64,000 nt of DNA from Octopus vulgaris (lineage: Eukaryota): positions 83,142,001-83,206,000 of the forward strand of contig OX597822.1 of the NCBI GenBank assembly GCA_951406725.2, given 5' to 3'. The notes beneath the pieces are model-generated. The model saw only the letters and a program-made list of their open reading frames with translations, was not told the origin of the DNA and did no database searches. Positions within the stretch are counted from its first letter, which is position 1. The number at the start of each line of letters is the position of its first letter. Shown in pieces: positions 55,770 to 64,000 of this stretch. The position numbers were made by a program, and so were the translations under genes.

Positions 55770-57230
55770 ATATACATGTGTTTGTGTTTGTGTATGGGCC
55801 GTTTTTGAATAGTCCCAGAATTTATTGCGGTGTGTGTAAATGTGTCAGTGTGTGTTTTATATTTGGTTGGATGGTGTGTGTATATGTGTGCATGTTTGTG
55901 TGTGTGTGTGTATGTGTATGAATAATATATGTTAGGGTGTTGTGTGTGCGCAAGTGTGTGTATGTGTCTATTCGCATGTGTGTATATGTCTGCGTCTGTG
56001 GGTGCGTGTGTATGTTTGTGTGTTTTTTGTGCTGGTGGGGATGTAATGTGTGTGTACGTGAGTGTGTGTGCCTCTATCTGAGTATTTTTGTGTTGTTTAA
56101 ATTGTCCTTGTGGTGTGTGTGTGTGTGTGTGTGTGTGTGAGCAACCATATGTGTGTGTGAGGATGCATAAGTATGTGTGCGTCTGTGTGTGTGTGCTTGT
56201 GTATGCTTGTGTGTTTCGTGTTGGTGGGGATGTTATGTGTGTGTACGTGAGTGTGTATGTACGTGAGTGTGTCTGTTGTGTCTGTCTGAGTATGTTTGTG
56301 TCTTAATTGTCCTTGTGGTGTTTGCGTGTGTGTGTGCGCGCAACCGTATGTGCGTGTGTGAGGTTGCATATGTATGTGTGTGTGGGTATGTGTGTGTAAG
56401 TGTGTTGTATTTATCAGGGGCTCTGTGTGTGTCCGTGTGTGTTGGGTTCATCGGGGTGGTGTGTATGTGTGTGCATGTGCGTTTTGTGTATGATGGAACT
56501 GAGTATACGCTTGTGCGTGTGTATATATGTGGGTATAGTTTATGTAGTTTTCAGGTGTGTGTGTATGCACATGTGTGTGTGTGCTGCATTTGTGAGTGAT
56601 TTGTTTTGTTTGTATTGTTAGTGCAGTGAGTGTGTATACGTGTGGGTGTGTTTGTGTGAGTGTGTCTATGTGTCTTGTGATTGTCGGGGAGCTGTGTGTC
56701 ATTGAGTGTGTGCATGCTTGTGTGTATGTGTGTTTGTGAGTGTTTGTTGTGGTTGTTGGGATTGTATTGTGTGTATATGTGTGTGTCTTTTCTTTTGAGT
56801 GTGTGTGCATGTGTTATTTTATTACTGGGGTACGGGCGTATTGTGTGTGTGTGTCTACATGTGTGCATATATGCGTGTGTGTTTGTGTGGGTTGTGTTGT
56901 AGTTGCGTGTTTGTGTGTGTATCTGTGTATGTGTGGGCGTGTTTGTGTTAATGTGATTTGTAATTGTCGGGGTGGTGTGTGTCGGTGTGTGCATGTACGT
57001 GTTTACATATGTGTGTGAGTGTTGTTTATGGTTGCTATAATCATATTGCAAGTGTATATATGTATGAATTTTTCTTGGAATGTGTGTGGGTTTGTGCTCT
57101 AGTGTGGGAATATTGTGTTTGTGCGTGTGTGTATTTATGTGTGTGTGTGTTTGCATCGGAGGTTTGCATTGTTTTTGTGTGTGTGTGATTTTGTATATCT
57201 GTATGTGTTTCTGTGTGTGTTTGTTTTGGA
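55770..57230. repeat. ~1.5-kb degenerate TG-rich tract
   Basis: Low-complexity TG array with an internal duplication (~56030-56150 vs 56220-56350). Confidence 0.9.
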
Positions 57231-57233
57231 TGT

Positions 57234-57482
57234 TTACCTGGGGGGTATGTTAGAGTATGTCGAGTTGTGGTCTGTATTTTTGAATAAGATTATTTCTCTA
57301 TGTATTCGTGTTTGGTCGGTGGTGTTGTCCGGGCATTGGTATAGTGGGAAAACCAGGAATTTGGGGGACTTGTGTGCACAGAGATCTAAATGCCCACTAA
57401 GTGGTATCTGTCTTGTGGTGGGATTCCTCAATTGTTGGCGGTGAACTGTCATCCTTTCTCGGAGGGTAAGGCTCAGTAACAC
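57234..57482 (-). pseudogene. Penelope-like GIY-YIG endonuclease C-terminal relic
   Basis: SLTLRERMTVHRQQLRNPTTRQIPLSGHLDLCA...FLVFPLYQC...RIHREII fits the L..R...H......H....R..E pattern downstream of the YIG motif in PLE endonucleases. Confidence 0.65.
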
Positions 57483-58743
57483 TAACTGTCTCCGTATTAC
57501 TGTACTAATTTAACCGTATACCCCATAAACATCTGCAAAGTGTTACCCGCATTCTCCAGTTCCATAGGTGTGAGGTTCGAGTATGAACTCTCCAAATTTT
57601 AACCAATCTATCCATGGTGAACCACTGCAAATAAACTACTTGGACTTCCATTACTCTTGTCTGTGACGCTAGTCTGAGCATTCCGGATATATTTCTCATT
57701 TATGGAGAATTACGATGAACTCTTGCGTCTCTGATTTTTCTGCTTAATTTATATATTTTTATACATACTTCTTTATGACTATTTTATAAATGCTTCGACA
57801 CCATTAGCAACCGTGTGACCATCTTTATTGATTTTATGGAAAATATAAATGTAAATATACACAGAATAAGTGGAACGTACAGAAAGGTGAAATGGTGCAA
57901 CCAAAGCAATATGACAATAAAACATTTCACAAAAGGATAAAAATATTGAACGTTGAACGGTGTAAAGTGAGAAGTGAAATAAAGCATAGCTCTAAATAAC
58001 AGTAGAGATAGAGAATAAAGATAAAACTATCAATAATAATAACATCTCAATAAAAAGTGAACGTGTAAAGATAACGATACAACCGCAGGATATAAAATAG
58101 TTTGAAGTAGGCAGAGTTAAAACAACAGACGTGTATACAAGTATACTCGAAGAAAAGAAGAACAATGCTATATGCTTGTCTATATATACTTGTTTATACA
58201 GACCATCTCGCTCTGTGAGTATGTACGTATGTATGTATATATGGATGAGTGCATATTTATATATGCACATACATATATACATATTATACATATTCTCATA
58301 TATACTCATTATACGTATACACAAATATACACATTATACTCACACACATACATATTTGATCCAGGACAGGGCTGAAGGTCAATATTTCAGTTACGATACT
58401 CAGTAACCTGTATTGTACACTTGACATTCAGATATACATTGATTCTTATAATGGCGCTGATTAGATTAGGTGTAACTCTTTCTAGTTTATTAATTACTGA
58501 GATGTCAATATAGATACATATACCGACTTCAAAGTTGACTGGTAATCACTCCGAGGATTTCACACACATACACACACACACCGACACACACACACAAACA
58601 CACTCGCACACACATTAGTTTAAATATATGTCGTATTTTTGTTCACGAGTATGGTAATTGTTTGATGTGAATAGCGTGGGACACATACACACGTGCATGT
58701 GTATCATATTATATTATATTATATTATATTATATTATATTATG

Positions 58744-58792
<49 letters not shown>

Positions 58793-59041
58793 AAAAATAC
58801 AACATATATATATATGTATATATATATAAATATATACATATATATATGCATGCATATGTATGCGTGTTTAGGTTAGCATCTAATTTAATAATCATAGCAT
58901 GTTTTCGTGCATATGACTCATTGATCACAAGTGAAGTTCAAGAGACGCCTCTAATGGAAGAAATTCGAATCCAATCGGTTACATGGGTGGAAGAGCGCTG
59001 TGGATTATTCATTCAATTACGCTCTCTTTTGACATGACATG

Positions 59042-59074
<33 letters not shown>

Positions 59075-59144
59075 ATACACACATGCACACACATATTCAT
59101 TCCTTCATTTATTCATTCATATACATATATATATATACACACAT

Positions 59145-59181
<37 letters not shown>

Positions 59182-59239
59182 TAAATATATATATATATCT
59201 ATATACATATACATATATATATATGTATGTGTGTATATA

Positions 59240-59298
<59 letters not shown>

Positions 59299-59343
59299 AT
59301 ATATATGTATATATATATATATACACATATATGTATATGTATA

Positions 59344-59391
<48 letters not shown>

Positions 59392-59492
59392 TACACACAC
59401 ATATATATATATATTCATGCATATATATATATATATATATATATACATATGTATATATACATGCATGTGCATGTATTAACACCCCATATAAT

Positions 59493-59538
<46 letters not shown>

Positions 59539-60051
59539 ATATGCATCTGCATATATAAATGCAATTTGTATATATTTATACATACACTCAAGTACACTCG
59601 CAGACACATATATGTACATAAATCGAAAGAGACATAACGCAAGTGAAAAGAGCGGGAGAGAATAGGTCTATTGTTCCGCAACTCTCGATTGCATGGTTAC
59701 GGCTACAGTGTGACATAAGACTGCTTTTGATATGTCATATGTTACCAGAAGCGATGCAACGGCCAATAGAATTAAGATAAGTGTCCTGTGTATAATTGAT
59801 AATGGAAAATTGTTACTGGAAGCGATGTTATTCAGTACAATTATATGTATATCAATTCATATTGTCAATCAAGAACAGGCAGAGATACTGTGCAAAGCAA
59901 ATTATAAATATTTGATCACGACACATTAAAGACAGTTCAGGATCGAGTACTATTGAAGTCGTTCATCGATGTCAAAATGTGTGCATTCAGAGGATAATAC
60001 CAAACCAAGAGGGCCAGTTTCTATCTCTCTCGCGTATATGTGTAGTTTTGC

Positions 60052-60123
<72 letters not shown>

Positions 60124-60124
60124 C

Positions 60125-60511
60125 AGTAAAAAAAAAAAGATGAGTTAATGTAGCAAGTGAATGTATGAGTGAATGTATGAATGACGAAGCCACCTTGACT
60201 ATGATTCTATGACCCGTAAAAATTAATACAGAGAGTTGCTTATTTGCAAAAAAAAAAGAAATATAACATATGACTTCATTGACCAAGGTTACCGTGGTCT
60301 TTTCCGTAGGCTTTTCTTTCCACGGGTAAACCTCACCTGTCCTCCTCTTTACACTTCATATTGACATCTCTGTGATAACGATCCCTCTTTCTTTCCATTT
60401 ACGATCCCTTTTGATCGAAAACCAAACCCCCTTCTTTTACCCCCAAAAGAAAAGCACTACCTTGTAATTTTGTCCTGTCTGTGTGCAGCCCTGTGTGGCT
60501 AATAAAGAAAC
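60125..60511 (+). mobile_element. Tx1-like LINE 3'UTR fragment between (TATC)n tracts
   Basis: Shares CCGTGGT..TTTTCTTTCCACGG with 61095-61145 and ends GCAGCCCTGTGTGGCTAATAAAGAAAC before (TATC)n. Confidence 0.7.
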
Positions 60512-60520
60512 ATATCTACG

Positions 60521-60693
<173 letters not shown>

Positions 60694-60730
60694 GTCGGTC
60701 TGTCTGTCGGTCTGTCTATCTGTCTATCTA

Positions 60731-60789
<59 letters not shown>

Positions 60790-60810
60790 GTCTCTCTCTA
60801 TCTTTCTATC

Positions 60811-61330
60811 TGGTGTTTATGGTGAAAGAATGTGTGTAGTGGACTCGCACGAAAGGTTTAGAGACAAGCACTTTCCCCTCGGGCCAGCCTCTAATCAACT
60901 CCTTCAAGTATCACTTGAAGAGGAAGGTGAGAATAGAAAGGGAATGTTAGTCTAATGAAAAGTTCAACAAAAGGTGGGTGAATGTGGCAAGGATGGTACG
61001 AATAAATGACGGAACCAGCTTGAGCATGATCCTATAAAACGAAGAGAGAAAGAGCGCCTTGCTCTCATGTTAATGTTTTTCTTTACCGTTTCCGAGGTCA
61101 CCGTGGTTCTTTTTCGTAGGTTTTTCTTTCCACGGATAAACCTAGGAATTGTTACATTCTTCATCCCTTTTGCGAACTCTAATTGCCAACAACGACTTGT
61201 GTGTTATTTCCCTGTTTACGCGTCCAAAAAAAGTTTTTCGTTCCCTTTTGATCAATTTTCAAAAGGAAAATCTCTACATTGTATTGTCCCCTTTGTTTTC
61301 GGCCCTATGTGACTAATAAGGAAATTTATC
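60811..61330 (+). mobile_element. Tx1-like LINE 3' fragment (ORF2 C-terminus + 3'UTR) between (TATC)n tracts
   Basis: 60825-61037 translates KECV*WTRTKGL...FKYHLKRKVRIEREC*SNEKFNKRWV (Tx1/L1-type W..R...F...W end); tail GACTAATAAGGAAA then (TATC)n. Confidence 0.7.
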
Positions 61331-61401
<71 letters not shown>

Positions 61402-61682
61402 CACCATATATCATAACACTGTGACACACGATCCCTATTGATCGTTTTTTTTCCTCTTCCCCTTTTTTCTTCTTTTTTTCATTTCTCTTTTCTTATGTTC
61501 CTTTTCCTTTTTTTATGTTATTTCTTGTTCTTTTTTTTCCTTTTTACGATCACTTTTGATTGAAAACCTACGCCACCTTTTTTTTGTTTCTTTTTTTTTT
61601 TTTTTTTTTATCCCCAAAAGAAAAGCTCTACCTTGTAACTTGTCCCATCTGTGTGCAGCCCTGTGTGGCCTATAAAGAAACT
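61402..61682 (+). mobile_element. Third Tx1-like 3'UTR fragment between (TATC)n tracts
   Basis: CCCCAAAAGAAAAGCTCTACCTTGTAACTTGTCCCATCTGTGTGCAGCCCTGTGTGGCCTATAAAGAAAC is near-identical to 60440-60511. Confidence 0.75.
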
Positions 61683-61683
61683 T

Positions 61684-61790
<107 letters not shown>

Positions 61791-61838
61791 AGTCAGTTAG
61801 TCTGTCTGTCTGTCTGTCTATCTATCTATATATCTATT

Positions 61839-61908
<70 letters not shown>

Positions 61909-61954
61909 TTATCTATCTGTCTGTCTGTCTCTATCTATCTACCTGTATATCTGT

Positions 61955-63066
61955 GACCATATGAGATTTACATTTCAACATTGTCCTCTTTGCGGTGTGC
62001 ACACTTCTTCCGTCGGTATTGCAGTGCTTCGATACCATTGGTGAAGAAGGTTTCGCTCTGTTGGTGAAAAAGTCATTGACAGCAGATTGGACTCCATCAC
62101 TGTGATACTGGTTCCCAACCAAGTGTCTTTTCATGTTTGGGAACATATGATGATAGAAAACTGTGAGGACAAAGCAGGAGAATAGGGAAACTGATAAACC
62201 AATTCAAAGCCACAGTCACACACAACAGCCACTGAAACCAAGAACTTGTGTACTGGAGCATTGTCCTGATGAAACACTGCCGTTTTCGTCACTTTTCCTG
62301 GTCGTGATAGCATTTCATATCTGCCTCAGTAAGTTAAGCATAGTACTCGCGATTGACATGTGACCCTTTGAAGATAATCAATAAGCAAAATGCCTTTTGC
62401 ATCCCAAGAAACTGAGGCCGTCATCATCCCTGGAATTAAAACACGTTGGCCTTCTTTGGAGCAGATGAGGACAGATGTTTTCCCTGCACAAATTGTGTCT
62501 TTGTCTCCGGCTTAAAGTGATGAACCAATTCTCCCTTTGGGTTAGGAAACGTCCAAAGAAATCAACAGAATCTGCCTCAAACAACGTCCGATATTCCCGT
62601 TGTACTTTTGATTGGGTGTCAGAAGACGTGGTATTCACTTAAGGCAGAAATCTTCACCATGCCAAGTTCCTTGTGCAGAATATTCTCAACTCTCTCACAG
62701 GATACGTTAATAGTATTTGCTATTTGATGTATCGTCATTCGCTTGTCATCCATCACCTTGTAGCGATCAATGTTTTCCTCGGCGGTGGTAGAATTAGGAT
62801 GTCCAGAACCTGAGTCATTGTTGAGTCTCTCCCTACCCTTTCTAAATTTAGTCGCCCAATTTTGCACTGTTGATAAAGTTATTGCAGCCATACCAGCATG
62901 AATGTCCTTTGGGGCTAAACTGTTTTTCTGCGATCCCAAATCGTGTCCATTTTCAAGAGAAGTCACTATTTGTTCACTATTTGTTACTTTTGAAGTTTTC
63001 TTTGAGCAGTCAGGTGTCACTTTATCTGGAATGAAACAATACAGTTATTTCCAAGAAGAGTTGCAA
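61955..63066 (-). mobile_element. Decayed mariner transposase relic
   Basis: ORFs 62619..63020 (HTH, WATKFRKGRE...SGHP), 62131..62313 (FHQDNAPVH, PYSPAL) and 61931..62146 (FPNMKRHL). Confidence 0.85.
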
Positions 63067-63323
63067 TTAACCCATTAAGTCCTACTGTCCTATAAATAGG
63101 ACACTAAACGAGAATATTAAAAAAGCAATATCACATTATCTCGGTGTCCTATAAATAGGACACCGAGTATTTCCATTTCAACTTGAAGTAAAGGAGTTTT
63201 AATAATTATCCTTTTCATTTTAATATATTTTCAATCATCAGTAAAAATTTAAAAGTAATATTCAGAAATTTAAGTGTATGTATATATATATGTATATATA
63301 TGTATATATATATAATGTTCCGG

Positions 63324-63473
63324 TGAGCTGACGAGTAAGTCTTTATTTACATTAATGTGGATATAAAAATTTCTTGTGTAATGTTCTTCATGCTTATTGA
63401 TCGAAACATACATGTATAATTTTACATAATTACTAGTATTACCTGAAAAAAGTTGACGAAACGGCTGTAATCA
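63324..63473 (+). ncRNA. Possible HHR with a very long loop II
   Basis: UGAG-CUGACGA-GU...AC-GAAA-CGGCUG-UA-AUCA directly after a TA-rich tract; stems weak. Confidence 0.35.
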
Positions 63474-63581
63474 TATGCGAGTCATATGGAATTACTGGAA
63501 TTTCTAGCATCACTCCTTCAGAGTCGACCCTCCAACTTTTCATTCCATACTCCTATGATCCACCTGAATACATTTTGAACA

Positions 63582-64000
63582 TACGAAGTTGAGTCAAAAA
63601 GTAATACCATTTTGTTTAGGACAGGTATAATTACCATCACATGAACATGTATCATACATCAAAATGGAGCTGATCCTACATCCCTACATCTCAACATAGT
63701 CACGTTTCTCTCAATAGCAATGCTCCACCTTTGAACGAGAGCATGTATCCCTGCCCCGTAAAACTCTGTTGACTGTTTTTGAGTCACTTCTTCACTACAG
63801 TTTTCACTCCCTCGTTACTGGAATAATTTTGCGCCTTCAGACTTATCATCTCTTCGGCCCCATGAAAGAGTGTTTGAGAGGCAAATATTATTCCAGTGAC
63901 GAGGAAGTGAAAAAAGTAGTGAAGAAGTGGCTCAAAGGACAGTCAACAGAATCTGACGGGGCAGAGATATATGCTCTCATTCGAAGGTGGAACGTTGCTG
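63582..64000. mobile_element. Palindromic mariner derivative (two inverted 3' ends; runs off the window)
   Basis: 63715-63831 is the inverted copy of 63881-64000. The + arm reads YHLFGPMKECLRGKYYSSDEEVKKVVKKWL...ALIRRW. Confidence 0.75.

Noticed and set aside
63067-63167. TTAA-CCC start and two GTCCTATAAATAGGAC palindromes (piggyBac-like end)
   Set aside because: No matching second terminus found.

Overview
AT-rich eukaryotic, gene-poor DNA packed with microsatellites ((TA)n, (CA)n, (TATC)n, (TAA)n, (TTC)n) and transposon debris. The repeat landscape looks like a coleoid cephalopod (Octopus-like); that is an inference from pattern only. No intact host gene is recognisable, and most ORF-track entries are microsatellite artefacts. 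Recognisable coding relics: a near full-length R4/Dong-like RLE LINE plus a second 3' fragment, a CR1-like 3' fragment, Tx1-like ORF1 and ORF2/3'UTR pieces, Penelope-like (PLE) RT and GIY-YIG fragments, and several Tc1/mariner copies. The main hidden signal is a swarm of about 15-20 minimal type-I hammerhead ribozyme (HHR) motifs. They belong to many unrelated non-coding families, mostly as fold-back elements with a one-sided tail inserted in (TA)n tracts, and several carry recurrent core variants. Two nested loci stand out. (i) A ~356-bp tandem retrozyme-like unit hit by a Tx1-like LINE derivative exactly at HHR stem I (17-bp TSD) and by a Merlin-like MITE. (ii) A TSD-bounded palindromic element of the form tRNA-like Pol III head-(AAT)n-HHR, whose microsatellite captured two Dong-like LINEs. 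All folds and alignments were made by eye.
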